A DNA stretch of 64,000 nt from Eledone cirrhosa (GCA_964016885.1 OZ024740.1:202492001-202556000); one strand, 5' to 3'. Shown: positions 1 to 12,836, counted from the first letter of the stretch. Program-made: numbers and translations. The notes: generated from the sequence alone by a model not told the origin.

Positions 1-330
1 CCCATTGTATCGTTAATGAAAAAAAACTATAATTACTGGTTCTCAGGCAGCTTCCTTATTGTATTTGAGAACCAAAAGACAGTGAAAACTTTATATATAT
101 ATTTCACTGTATATTTATCTTTTTGACATTTATTTCAATACACAGGATTTTTAATGAATACTGTACTGTTATGTACTGTGTGTGTGTGTGTGTGTGACAA
201 GGCATAGGTGAGTTTGTAGGTAAATAAGTAGGTAGGTAGATTTGGTGGGTGGGACTTTGTTAATATGGCATGAGCAATGGCATGTTATGAAATAAAAATG
301 CTAAGGTAAACAAATTAAATGTTGTATACT

Positions 331-590
331 TGAAGGACAGTAGCCTCACATAGCTATACCACCTCTTTCAATTGAAGTGAATATTTGAGGGACAGAAGCC
401 TCACATAGTTATACCACCTCTTTCAATTCTTCTCTTCTTCTTTTTAGCCTACTTATTCCTGAGAGGGCCATGGCGGCAGAGTCCTCATCTTTTTCAATTG
501 AAGTGAATATTTGAGAGGTCAATAGCCTCACACAATGATACCATCTCTTTCAAATGTATTTAAGGGACATTAACCTCACATCTCTTTCAA
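331..590. repeat. Degenerate ~56-bp tandem repeat (about 4 copies)
   Basis: Recurrent GGACAGTAGCCTCACATAGCTATACCACCTCTTTCAATTGAAGTGAATATTTGA-like units. Confidence 0.7.
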
Positions 591-1619
591 GACAAAAGCC
601 AACAGATTTGTAAAATGTTTATACTATAATAAATGTATTCATATTATTTCAAAAAATTTATTGTCATTATTCAAGTTCTATGATAATGTACCTAGTGGTC
701 TACAAAACCATGAAATAGAAAAAAGGTTAGATAAATAGATATTTTTTATAGTGTAAGCAATGTTTAGTTTACTTTTTTAGTATATCTGCCACTTAGTGGA
801 CTAAAGCAACATGAAATGAAGGGTCTTACTGAAGGATATACCATGGATATACCAAAATGGAAGCCATGTTCTTACAACCATGAGTCAAGCACCCCAACTA
901 CTAGGCCATATGCCTTCACTTGCAGTCTAAATATTTTAATATTCAACACTATTATCACATTAAAGTTGGATAGTATTAACTCTTAACATCCTGTTATTAA
1001 GTCACAACAAAACCACCCAATCCACACTGTAAAGCAGTCATGTAGGTGCTGTGATAAAAATCGGCCAGTCTACACTGTAGATGTCACAACAAAAATTGGG
1101 TTTGTTAATTCAAATGTTTATAGTATTTTTATTGATAAACCATTATGAAAAGGTTTTTACAGTATTAGAGTTAAAACTTTAATAAATTTTTTTATGTGAT
1201 GTAGTCATAGTACTTTTTTGTATTGTTTAAAAATATCTTGCTAATATGGTTTCATGTGGTATAGAATGTTAACATCGGAGTAGATAAAGTAGCTGACTGC
1301 AACACAGAACAAAATCCATAATCTTACCAACAGAAGTCTAACCTCCTAACCACTAGGCCACATGTTTCCACTTTCCAGTCTAAATATTTTGTTATTCAGC
1401 TTATTTATCATAATAAAGTTGGATAGTGTTAAATAGAAGTAGAGTAGGTAACTGAAACAAAAGGTAGTCAAGTGTTATTTAACCGGTAAAGTAAAGTTGA
1501 AAGGCTTGATAATGAATTAGAGCATGGAAATAAACGAGCACATACAGATAACTTTCTGTAAAAACTAATCTATTTTGAGTCTAAACTAAATGTCTGCCGT
1601 ATCTCATGATAATGTTATT

Positions 1620-1689
<70 letters not shown>

Positions 1690-1799
1690 TAAAAAGGAAA
1701 AGAAAATGCTGACAAATTTTTCCAAGTGAAAAATAGTTTAATTAGGAATAAGTATAAATTAGTAATAAGTATTAGTTAGTATTCAATTTTAGTTTTAAG

Positions 1800-1836
1800 T
1801 TTTTACCGGTTGCGCATTTCTTATGCTTTTCAAAAA
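1800..1836 (-). ncRNA. Degenerate minimal type I hammerhead-like motif (probable PLE pLTR remnant)
   Basis: Minus strand reads TTT-TTGAAAA-GCAT(aagaa)ATGC-GCAA-CCGG-TA-AAA: hammerhead topology with palindromic stem III but a mutated core. Confidence 0.35.
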
Positions 1837-2983
1837 TAATTTTGAGATAGAGTGCACGTGAATTTTACTCTAATCTGATCAGTTTTGGAAATTCTTCCTG
1901 TTTTATGTGAAAAAAGTGGCTTGGAAGGTATTAAGATTTGGTTGGTTGTTGAATGTCACGTGAATAAGCACTATAAATTTCGCGGCAATTCGTGTTGCAA
2001 AAATTCTTGTAGTCAAAACAATTTTGATTGGTCGGTAGAAGTCACATGAATGTTTAAATTGATTTTAGCGTGAGCTGGTTTCGTGCCAAATGTAGGTTTG
2101 TCGAAGAGTGTTCTTTTCCGCTTGATTGAGTTGCAGTCATGTTGAGATGTCAACAGTTCAGGTGTCTATTAAGACAAATATATGTGTGTGTGTAGCAAAG
2201 TGGTTCATTGTTGTGATAATGGAAATGAATCGGTCAGTAGGAATGTGTGTGTGTGTGGGAGTTATTTTAATATGTTGAAACATATTTTTCAGCTTTTGTC
2301 TTATACAGAGAAGTGTGTGTGTGTGGGGGGGGGGGGGTTAGTGTGCATATCCAGGGTTTAATTACAGAAGCAAGTACCAATTTATTCCCCTGTACTGAAT
2401 TCCTCACAATCATTAAACAATACAAAAAAGAAAATTATTTACCTGCTGCATGTCTGAACATCTCCAAATTTGAAAATGTAAACATAGTCTACAAAACGTA
2501 TAGAAAACTAAACGCAAACCTAATAAACATTATAGGAATATAATTAGAGCTTATGAATTTAGTAAGTAATACTAACAATATAGTATATTTAAGAAAAACA
2601 ATATAAAATTATGGAAGCTTAAGTAATAATGTATCAATCAATAGGAGGATTTCTAATTATTAAGAAATGAATTGCTTAATTTTTTTACAGTTGAAAAGGA
2701 TTATTTATAGATATATCTAATCATATTTCACAATGCTTAGATACAAACATATATATATATTTGTAGATACCCTCATACATAGAAACTTATACTCATACCT
2801 ATATAGAGAGAGAGACATTATATACATATACATGTCTGGCTGTGAAATATAAGTTCCGTTAAAGTACATAAGTTTAAGAAGGCTATCAGCATAAATATTG
2901 TAAGATAGACCAACCTATAGGCAGGGTAAACAAGATCTATGAGATAACTAATTAGTACGCTAAGAGGAAAAACTTAATTTTAT

Positions 2984-3930
2984 ATCATCATCATCATCAT
3001 CATCGTTTAACGTCCATCTTCCACGCTAGCATGGGTTTGGACGGGAATTTTCCCACTTGAGGCAAGATTGGTTGTCTTGCTCGTATAGGACTGTTTGGCA
3101 GGTTTTCTACGGCTGGATGCCCTTCCTAACACCAACCAGGTTTACAGTGTGGACTGGGAGGTTTTTACCGTGTTACCTACACGGCCACATTACAGCGTGG
3201 ACTGTGTGGTTTTTTTTTGTCGTGACACCTACACAACCTCATTTATCTAGGACTGGATGTTGTGGTACCAACATAACTTTACATTGGAAGGGGGTGGGGG
3301 TAGTGGGACGGGGTGTATTTTGTTAGAGGTGCCTACTGACTGTAGGTTTCGCTTTGTACTTAGGTAAGGCGGGTCTTCTGTATTACTGCATAGCACCAAA
3401 GATCTCGGTCCAGTGACATTGTCTTGGAGAGGTGTAAGTGTGTGAGGTCGGAATTTATCAAGTCATCCCAGGTTTTTCTGGGTCTGCCTACTCCGTGGCT
3501 ACCGTCTATTTTGATCGCCCTGCACTTTTTTATACAGCTGTCATCTTTCATGCGCATCACGTGACCATACCAACGTAGTCTTCTCTTGAGTAAACAGCAT
3601 CTGATCCCTCTTATTCCTAATTTCTCACTTAGTTCATTTATGCTTTGCCGTTCACGTATATTACTATTACACACCCAGCGGAGCATGCAAGCTTCGTTCC
3701 TCTCCAGTTTGCATAGATCCTCTGCACACAATGCCCAAGTCTCACTGCCATGTAACATTGTTGTTCGTATGCAGGCATCATACAGCCTGCCTTTCATTTT
3801 TAGAGAGAAACCTTTAGCGGCTAATAGTGGTATAAGCTCTCTGAACATTTTCCATCCCGTTCTGACTCTAGCTACTGTACTTTCAGAGCACCCTCCACCA
3901 CTGCTGATTTTGTCACCCAGGGAACGTAAG
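2984..3930 (-). mobile_element. RTE-clade LINE family A, 5'-truncated
   Basis: ORF 3360-3848 (LHGSETW...RRLRWYGHV...GRPRKTW) is an RTE C-terminus; 3'UTR and (GAT)n tail shared with the other family A copies. Confidence 0.95.
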
Positions 3931-3949
3931 GTGATATATGTATATATAT

Positions 3950-4305
3950 ATAAAAGGACCCTTCAGTTGTGTTAAGTCTAATATTAATGACATGGTAAAA
4001 CATACTCATTACACTCTGTAAAGAGGTTGATGTTGAGAAAGGCATTGAACCATGACAAACTGCCAAACAAAGAGTAGAGAGGATTCTTCAGTTGTGTCAA
4101 AGACATGATAATGTCCCTAGTTCTGGTGCCATGATAAAATGTACCTGGTGCAGGCTGTAGAGTGTGAGAAGATATGGAAATGAGATGCAACCTCTAATCC
4201 ATCTGAGAGGTCTGTAACCCTGATTATGGACTGTCTTGGTCTGTGACAACTCTTCCAACTCTTGCTGACAGGGGAAAAACAGATTTTGAATGATGATGAT
4301 AATTA
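3950..4305 (+). mobile_element. Old non-autonomous retroelement with RTE-type 3' module and (GAT)n tail
   Basis: Degenerate ACACTCTGTAAAG..GTTG.TGTT.GGAAGGGCATCCA module; similar copies at ~21400-21895 (+), 24980-25290 (-), 35950-36370 (-), 9200-9470 (+). Confidence 0.6.
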
Positions 4306-4344
4306 TATAAATCATTAGTCATGAATCTTGGGTAATGACTAAAC

Positions 4345-4712
4345 TAATACGATCACGAATACAAGCGGCCGAAATGGGGTTCTTCCAAAGGGTCTTTAAG
4401 GTGTAGCTCAGAGACCAGAGAGTCATTTTAGGTAGTGCCGCTACTTCTCCGAATTGAGAGATCACCACTCCAATACTATGGGCATGTGGTTAGATTGTCT
4501 CAGGAAAGAATCACTGGACAGATCTTATGGCCAAAACCAACCAGCAGGAGACCCAGGGGTAGACTCCGAGCAAGATGGTTGGATAACATCCATGAGCTTG
4601 GTTGGCCTTGTTTAGGGATCCAGCCAGATCAGTTGGAGACAGTTGCTTCTGACAGAACCTGCTGGAAGGAGTGTTTGAGGACTCTGCCCTCACAACCCGC
4701 TAAAAATTGGTC
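4345..4712 (+). mobile_element. RTE-clade LINE fragment (Expander/Rex3-like, family E), 3' part
   Basis: RIQAAEMGF...PLLLRIERS..YYGHVVRL...RRPRGR..RWLD..ASDR..W; second copy at 34775-35130. Confidence 0.85.
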
Positions 4713-4943
4713 ATGTGTGTGTATGTGTATGTGTCTGTCTGTCTTTGGGGAGATATGGGAACATTGTTTACCATTAAAATTTCACTTCTTCAAGGTTGTA
4801 TTAATGTTATTACTGTTTTTTACTTCACTTGGGAACATGAATGCTGCTAGTTACTATATGTATGTCAGTGTGTGTGTGAATGTGTGCACAAGTGGTTGCA
4901 TACATGCTGTGTGCGCGTTGTGATGGTAGCAGCATTGGTGGTG

Positions 4944-5075
4944 GTGAAGTCATGCATTGAGAACATACCCAGTATGTATTGTTTTTGTTGTTGTGAAGTC
5001 ATGCAGTGAGAACATACCCAGTATGTATTGTTCTTGTTGTTGTGAAGTCATGCAGTGAGAACATACCCAGTATGT
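4944..5075. repeat. 49-bp tandem repeat, 3 copies
   Basis: GAAGTCATGCA(G/T)TGAGAACATACCCAGTATG repeated at 4946, 4995, 5044. Confidence 0.85.
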
Positions 5076-5145
5076 TGTTGTTCTTCTTCAGCATCATGTG
5101 TAATTAACGTGTATAATTACAAACAGACACACACATATATATATA

Positions 5146-6410
5146 CAGGGTGCGGACGATATCTGTTCGCAAGATTACTGTCTAGGAAAAAATAACACAG
5201 TAGTTTTATTTTTTAAGATATATTTATCAAACTTGGGTCAGTTTGTCTCCATGACTTGTTCTTTCGATCTCACTCAATAAACCCGCCATTGGCTTTGATG
5301 ATGGCCTCAAGGCGGCTTCGGAACTGGCTACAGGCCTTCGTCACTGTCCCCCGACTTAGGCCCTAAAGGCACTTGTGATCCTGGCCTTCAGATCGTCTTT
5401 CGTATTGCAGCTAGATCTGTTGGTGTCTCGTTCCACTGCGCCCCACACAAAGAAGTCGAGGGGGTTGCAGTCAGGCGAGCTGGGAGGCCAGATGTCAGGG
5501 GAAGTGTGGTCGACGAAGTTCTCTGACAGCCAGGCTTGGGTTTTTCGGCTGGTATGGCAGGGCGCTAAGTCTTGCTGCCACACGTACGGCCTACCTGCAG
5601 CTACCTGGTCGATCCAGGGCTTTACTACCTCGCTCAGAACACGGATGTAGCCATCGGTGTTCAGCTTGAGCCCCTCAGGGAAGAAGTGAGGTGGCATGAC
5701 GTCACCTTGACTGCTGACGACACCTAAGACCAATGTTGTCGCTGGAAACTTTGTCTGCATAACTCTGGGCACGTCTTTGGATGAGACAGCGAGCCACCTG
5801 TTGTTCTGGGAGTTGATCTTCTGGTCTTGGCAGAAGTTTTTCTCGTCGGAGAAAAACCACAGCATGTCTGGCTCCAGTGGGTGTTTCAACTTGTTGATCA
5901 GCTTCTTTGCGTGCTTCAGTCGCTTTTCTTGCATCGCCTTTGACAGAGATTGTCCTTTCCTCATCTTGTATGAAACGTAGCGAATGTCTTCATGTACCAC
6001 CAGCCTAAGAGCTTTTCATCCACGCCTTTCTCCCTTGCAATGGCACGCATCGACTTGCTAGGTTCATTGTTGATGATATCCTGAACTTCAGCGACAAACT
6101 CGGGCGTTCTGCAGGCGTCAGATCGTCGATCATGTGTTTTCCTCTCTGATGTTGCTTCGTCGTCGAATCCTGAATCTTCCAATTCCTTTCTGACCTTTTC
6201 CACAATTCTCCTGCTGACGCTGAGAAAGTCTGAAATTTCCTTATTTGTCTTCCCGGAGCAGATTCCAAGAAGAACTCTGTGTCTCTTTCACAAATTTGGA
6301 GGTTCAAAATTATTCATAATCAATTATACTGAAAATAAATAATGGAAATATAGTCAAATTTGCATAAAATTAGCAGTTGAAAATTGCGAACAAATATCGT
6401 CCGCACCCTG
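5146..6410 (-). mobile_element. Tc1/mariner DNA transposon, DD37D (maT) family, full length (1265 bp), defective
   Basis: 27-bp TIRs CAGGGTGCGGACGATAT(C/T)TGTTCGCAA at 5146-5172 and 6384-6410 with one mismatch; TA on both flanks; transposase motifs FSDEK, QQDLAPCH, SPDCNPLD with 37 residues between the 2nd and 3rd Asp. Confidence 0.95.
5270..6317 (-). pseudogene. DD37D transposase pseudogene
   Basis: Reads MNNFEPPNL*KRH... to ...IIKANGGFIE*, split by an early TGA and frameshifts near 6005 and 5360 (ORFs 5961-6203 and 5356-6000). Confidence 0.9.
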
Positions 6411-6440
6411 TATATGTTTGTGTGTGTGTGTGTGCTTATA

Positions 6441-6852
6441 TATCATTATCATCATCATCATCATTTTACGTCCATTCTTCCACACTAGCATGGGTTAGAC
6501 AGGTTGTCCTGTTGTGGGCAATGCCAGGTCGGGTGATCTTGTCTTGCTCATACAGGAACTGATTTTGGCTTGATTTCTGCAGCTGGATGCCTTTCCTAAT
6601 ACCAATCTCATTTACAGTGTCATCGCCTTTGAGAGGTGGAATTAGGCAAGATCAGCTTTTATCACCTCATCCCAGGTCTTCTTGGGTCTCCCCACTCCAA
6701 GGCTTCCATCGACTTTTAGTGCTCTGCACCTTTTTATGCAGCTGTCATCCTTGATACGCATCATATATCCATACCAATGCAACTTCCTCTCCTGCACACA
6801 GCATTTGATTCCTCTTATGCTCAGTTTCTCTCTCTCAATTTGTTTATGCTTT
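6441..6852 (-). mobile_element. RTE LINE family B, truncated and internally deleted
   Basis: Family B 3' end, then a jump at ~6620 from 3'UTR into the C-terminal coding sequence. Confidence 0.85.
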
Positions 6853-6865
6853 GATGCATATATGT

Positions 6866-8915
6866 ATCATCATCATCATCATCATCACCGTTTTACGTCC
6901 GTTCTTCCACGCTAGCATGGGTTAGACGGGTTGTCCTGTTGTGGGCAGTGTCTGGTCGGCTGACCATGCCTTGCTCATACAGGAACTGATTTGGCTTGAT
7001 TTCTACAGCTGGATGCCCTTCCTAACACCAACCTCATTTACAGTGAGTGCTGGGTGCTTTTTCGTGGCGCCTACATGTCCACTTTACAGTGTGGGCTGGG
7101 TGCTTTTTTGCCGTGGCACCTCCACGACCACCTTGCGGTGGGGGGTGGGGGTGCATATTGTCTATATGCTTCAGCTTGTAGCCATGGGAGGTCGGGTACT
7201 CTGTATTACTGCGTGAAGCCAGAGGTCACGGTCGTGTGTCATCGCCTTTGAGAGGTGTAATTGGGTAAGGTCGGCTTTTATCACCTCATCCCAGGTCATC
7301 TTGGGTCTCCCCACTCCGCGGTTTCCATCGACTTCTAGTGCTCTGCACCTTTTTATGCAGCTGTCATCCTTCATACGCATCACATGTCCATACCAGCACA
7401 ACCGCCTCTCCTGCACACAGCATTTGATTCCTCTTATGCTCAGTCTCTCTCTCAAATCATTTATGCTTTGTCGTTCACGTATATTACTGTTACACATCCA
7501 TCGGAGCATGCAGGCTTCGTTTCTCTCTAATCTACGTAAGTCTTCCACCTTCAGCGCCCAGGTCTCACTACCATGCAACATTGCTGTTCGGATACACGCA
7601 TCATACAGTCTGCCTTTCATTCTGAGGGAGAAGCCTTTTGCAGCTAGCAGTGGTAGTAGTTCCCTAAACTTCTTCCATCCCGTTCTTACCCTAGTTATTG
7701 TACTTTCTGAACACCCACCTCCGCTGCTAATTCGGTCACCTAGGTAGCAGAAGCTGTCTACTGTTTCTACAGAGCCCTTCTAGAGATTGGTGGTACTTGT
7801 TTCCTGTGGCTGTTTGCTGCTTGCTGTCCCAGCACAGCTGCTGCATGTGAAGCCTACATTCTTAATTAAGCTTCCTGAGATCCTGCTACATCTCTTGTGT
7901 ATCCATTGTTTGCATTTGGGGCAGAGAATGGAGTTCCTACCTACACCTTTCCTACATACTGAGCAAGGTCATTTCCCTGAGGGGATCTGGGTTCTGTTTT
8001 CTCGTCTACTTACAAGGACCTTAGTCTTTGTCATGTTGACTTTGAGACCCTTTCTTTCTAGTCCCTGCTTCCAATTTTGGAATTTATTCTCTAGTTCTAC
8101 CATAGATTCAGCTATGAGTGCGAGGTCATCAGCATACAGGAGTTCCCATGGGCATCCGGTCTTAAACTCCTCCGTTATTGCCTGCAGGACTATGATGAAC
8201 AGGAGGGGGCTAAGAACAGAGCCCTGGTGGACCCCAAACTGTACGCTAAATTCCTCGCTATACTCATTGCTAATCCTAACTTTGCTGACCATTCATCTAC
8301 TCCTAGTTTTCTAAGAGCCCACCAGATTACAGCACGTGGAACTCTGTCAAAGGCTTTCTCAAGGTCGACAAATGCCAAGTAGAGTGGCTTACTTTTAACT
8401 AGGTACTTTTCCTGTAACTGCCTCACAAGGAAGAGGGCATCAGTGGTGCCTCTTCCTGGTACAAACCCAAATTGCATCTCATCTATTTTCACCCGGTCCC
8501 TAATCAACTGTGCTATAACTCTTTCTGTTACTTTCATGACCTGGTCCATCAACTTTATACCTCTATAGTTTCCTCTATCTAGTGCATCGCCTTTACCTTT
8601 GTAGCAGTTGACAATGATGCTACTGCACCAATCTTTTGGTATGACACCTTCTAGTATTACCTGGTTAACAATACGTGTGGTTATAGTGTGACCTACAGAC
8701 CCAGATGCCTTCAGCATCTCGGCAGCTATACCCGATGGACCGGTTGCCTTCCCCATCTTCATATCTTTGATTGCCCTACTTACTACGTTGCTGCTGACTT
8801 GTACTGCTGGCCCCTCTATAGGGTCTACTTGGGGTAGGGTCTCTTCTTCCCATGCATTCTCCTCATTTAGTAATCTATCATAATGACTCTTCCATGCATC
8901 TTTCTTCTCAGCACT
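6866..8915 (-). mobile_element. RTE LINE family B, 5'-truncated (RT plus C-terminus)
   Basis: ORFs 8190-8966, 7969-8292 and 7171-7620 with [37 protein letters not shown]; (GAT)n tail. Confidence 0.95.
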
Positions 8916-8916
8916 T

Positions 8917-8921
8917 GTATG

Positions 8922-8963
<42 letters not shown>

Positions 8964-9117
8964 CATATATAAATATGTATATGTGTGTGCATATATATTT
9001 ATAAATATATATATATATGAGCATATATAAATATCTATGTATATATGTGTGCATATATATATGTATATATGTCTGCATATTTGTATATGTATGCATATAT
9101 GTATATATATATATATA
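8917..9117. repeat. Interrupted (TA)n array at LINE 5' junction
   Basis: Directly visible. Confidence 0.9.
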
Positions 9118-9876
9118 TTTTTAAATTTGGTCTAAAAATATCCCCACTGTATAAAAACACATGTTTGTACTAGATTAGTTGTAATTATATAAGTCAACAT
9201 ATATAAGTTACCGAGACAATGGAGGACTTTAGAAGAATCTTCAGTTTGGTTAAGCATATGTCAACCTTTCTTGAGCTGACACCACAATAAAATGTACTCG
9301 GTACATTCTGTTCGGACGGATATCCAACCATAGAAACAATGCTAAATATGGAATGTATGGACAAGATGTGGTTACCCAACCAGTTTAATCTCAGACCATG
9401 ACAACCCATCCAACCCATACCAGCATCATGGAAAGTGTATGTTAAATTATGATGATGATAATGATCATAATTTTGTTCCAGTGGTACCTGAGAGAGAAAA
9501 CAAATTTCATATATATTGAGTTTCTGTGGTATGGAGGAACACAAATCAGTATAGTACACAATACATGATGTAATGCAGAGTGGGCATAAGGACGTAATAT
9601 AGTGGTGATGATGATATATATATGTATTTAAAGAAGATGTAGGATGCTCAACTGCAGAAAATAACTGCAATTCCAGTCAGTTGCAATGAAATAGCTTATA
9701 AAAATTGGGAAAAGATCCTTAGCAGCAGAAAAATATGTTGCCAGTGGCAGCTGTGAGGAATTGAACTTCATATCTCTTAGATGTCGGCTTAGTGCTCTCA
9801 CCATTGAGCTAAAGAACCTTTGCCAACATCGTATCATCTATATTAAGGAGGTGTATCAAACAGCTTTTGAAAATGT

Positions 9877-10119
9877 ACACAAGCATCATGTGTGAAGCTC
9901 AAACTTTCGAACTTACAAAGTGCTGAAGTAATAAATTTATAAAAGTTATAGGATGCTCAAGAGCAGAAAATTACAGTCGGTTGGTATAAAATAGCTTCTA
10001 AAAATCGCTATTTTATAGCAACTGTCTTTCATTGCAGTTATTTTCTTGAGCTTCCTACATCTTAAAAATATATTTCCTCAGTGCTTCTTAAATTTGAGCT
10101 TCACACATGATGTTTGTGT
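9877..10119. mobile_element. Fold-back MITE-like element (arms ~120 bp) with a partial extra arm at 9625-9705
   Basis: CACAAGCATCATGTGTGAAGCTCAAA...TATAAAATAGC mirrored by GCTATTTTATA...TTTGAGCTTCACACATGATGTTTGTG. Confidence 0.65.
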
Positions 10120-10151
10120 GTGTCTATATTTTTCTTGGTGCAATACTTGCT

Positions 10152-10267
10152 TGTATATATATATATATATAATCATCATCCCTATTTAATGTCCATTTTT
10201 CCCTGCTAGCATGGGTTAGATGAGTTGCCCTGTTGTGAGACAAGCCAGGTCAGATGACCATGTCTTG
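10152..10267 (-). mobile_element. Short RTE family B-like 3' end
   Basis: CATCATC...GTCCATTTTT.CC.TGCTAGCATGGGTTAGA. Confidence 0.7.
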
Positions 10268-10636
10268 AGAAATCTTGACCTAAATAGGGTGGTCATATTA
10301 TACATGATTACACATTTTCAGAAATTATTTACTGACCTTAAAAATACTCAATTCACATAACAAGATTACAAATACACTCAGTGAATGTAATAGATAATGG
10401 AACTCAAAGTAGAAACAATTTGAAGACTTTTATTTATAAAAGGTGTTTTATATACCAGTGTAAGTGAATGCCATTTGTCTCAAAGGCAGGAAACTGATAA
10501 TTTAAAATTAATAAAGAGACTACATAAGATCTGTTATGTTTTGATAACATCATTGTTATAACTGAGGCCTAACTATTGCTAAAATATATAATCTTTCTTG
10601 TTTGAATTACATGGTGGTAATTCCTATGTTGGGAAG

Positions 10637-11770
10637 TTGACCCACAATACCTCGCCTATTGACCCACAATACCTCGTCTATTGACCCACAGTACCCAGTC
10701 TCTTGACCCACAGTACCCAGTCTCTTGACATACAGTACCCAGTCTCTTGCGATACAGTACCCAGTCTCTTGACCCATACTACCTAGTCTCTTGACATACA
10801 GTACCTAGTCTGTTGACCCACAGTACCCAGTCTCTTGACCCACAGTACCCAGTCTGTTGACCCACAGTACCCAGTCTATTGACCCACTGTACCCAGTCTC
10901 TTGACCCACAGTACCTAGTCTCTTGACCCACAGTACCCAGTCTGTTGACATACAGTACCCAGTCTCTTGACCCACAGTACCTAGTCTGTTGACATACAGT
11001 ACCCAGTCTATTGACCCAGAGTACCCAGTCTATTGACCCACTGTACCCAGTCTCTTGACCCACAGTACATAGTCTCTTGACATACAGTACCCAGTCTGTT
11101 GATATACAGTACCTAGTCTGTTTGCCCACAGTACCCAGTCTATTGACCCACAGTACTCAGTCTGTTGACATACAGTACCCAGTCTGTTGACATACAGTAC
11201 CCAGTCTGTTGACATACAGTACCCAGTCTGTTGACCCACAGTACCCAGTCTGTTGACCCACAGTACCCAGTCTCTTGACATACAGTACCCAGTCTATTGA
11301 CATACAGTACCCAGTCTCTTGACATACAGTACCCAGTCTCTTGACATACAGTACCTAGTCTGTTGACCCACAGTACCTAGTCTGTTGACATACAGTACCC
11401 AGCCTGTTGACATACAGTACCTAGTATGTTGACCCACAGTACCTACTCTGTTGACACACAGTACCCAGTCTGTTGACATACAGTACCCAGTCTGTTGAAA
11501 TACTATACCCAGTCTGTTGACATACAGTACCCAGTCTATTGACCCACAGTACCCAGTCTCTTGACATACAGTACCCAGTCTCTTGACATACAGTACCTAG
11601 TCTGTTGACCCACAGTACCTAGTCTGTTGACATACAGTACCCAGTCTGTTGACATACAGTACCTAGTATGTTGACCCACAGTACCTACTCTGTTGACATA
11701 CAGTACCCAGTCTGTTGAAATACTGTAGCCAGTCTGTTGACATAGAGTACCTAGTCTGTTGACATAGTCT
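10637..11770. repeat. 22-bp minisatellite, about 50 copies
   Basis: Unit GAC(C/A)(C/T)ACAGTACC(C/T)AGTCT(C/G/A)TT; 22-bp period checked (10683 to 10705). Confidence 0.95.
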
Positions 11771-11774
11771 ATCT

Positions 11775-11880
11775 GATGGGTTTCAAAACAGTTTCAGTCT
11801 GCCCAGTTTCACTGACAAGGCAGGAGTTGGCCTGAGGCTATGGTAAAAGATGACTTGACCAAGATGTCAGGCATTATAAT
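11775..11880 (-). mobile_element. Degenerate tRNA-derived SINE 5' part (family 3, octopus OK-like)
   Basis: GATGGG.TT...CAGTTTC.GTCT.CC.A.TT.CACT.ACAAGGC...AGGCTATGGTA.AAGA.ACTTG.CCAAG; related copies at 16820-16968, 17168-17330, 54105-54260. Confidence 0.6.
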
Positions 11881-12129
11881 GTGAAATTGTCAACGATTTA
11901 GCTATGCTGCATCCATACAGGCAAAGAAAACAGTAAAGAGTAGTGTAATTAGCAACAACAGTCACACCATACTCCAATTCACAATAACAACCTCAAATAA
12001 CACACATTTGGCTACTATTTCTAGCAGGTTGAGCAACTACTTAGAAGCTATGCCATTAAACCAATAGTTTTCCATTGAAAATATTTAATCTAAGACTTTT
12101 TATCAATATGTAACTACTCAAGTTTGGTG

Positions 12130-12836
12130 AAACACACACACAAACATACACACACAAACATGCGTACATAAATATGTACATACACAGGTGCATACATATA
12201 TATATACACACATACGTAACATACATATAGACAAATGCACACTCACATACACACATATATGCACTCATACACACACACACACATACTCAAGCACATACAT
12301 ACATCCAAATAAAAAAAACATGACAGCACAAACATACAGAGACACATATGGAAACACATTTAAATGGAGATAGGGGAGGGGGGGGGGGGCTGATGTTGAT
12401 AAAGACATACATACACATCTAAAACACACACACACACATATAGACAGAAAGTATTTGCCAAAGTGAACATGTGATGGTGATAAACCTCCAATCACTTCAC
12501 TGTAACATCTAAGGACCTTTATTCTATTGAAAGAACCTTGCCTCGTATATTTGGTGAGATCTTTAGCTCAATAAATTGTGACGGAGTTGGTGTTGTGTGT
12601 GCGAGTATGTGAGCATGTGTTTGTGTATGCTGGTGTGTGTGTGTGTGTATGTATGCATGTATATTGTATGTATGAACCTATATGTATATGCATGTATGTG
12701 TGTTTGTAGGTGTGTGTGTATGTATGCATGTGTGTGTTTATTTGTATATATGTATGTATGCATGTATGTTTTAATCTGTGTGTATGCATGTATCGGTATG
12801 TTTGTAGGTGTGTGTATGTGTGTGTTTGCATCGATG

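Noticed and set aside
146-207. Plus-strand exon (CACAG|...AG|GTGAGT)
   Set aside because: 62 nt containing a (TG)n tract with no coding signal; such motifs occur by chance
895-1435. ~85-bp direct repeat (895-980 and 1348-1432)
   Set aside because: Old local duplication including a SINE head; no LTR hallmarks
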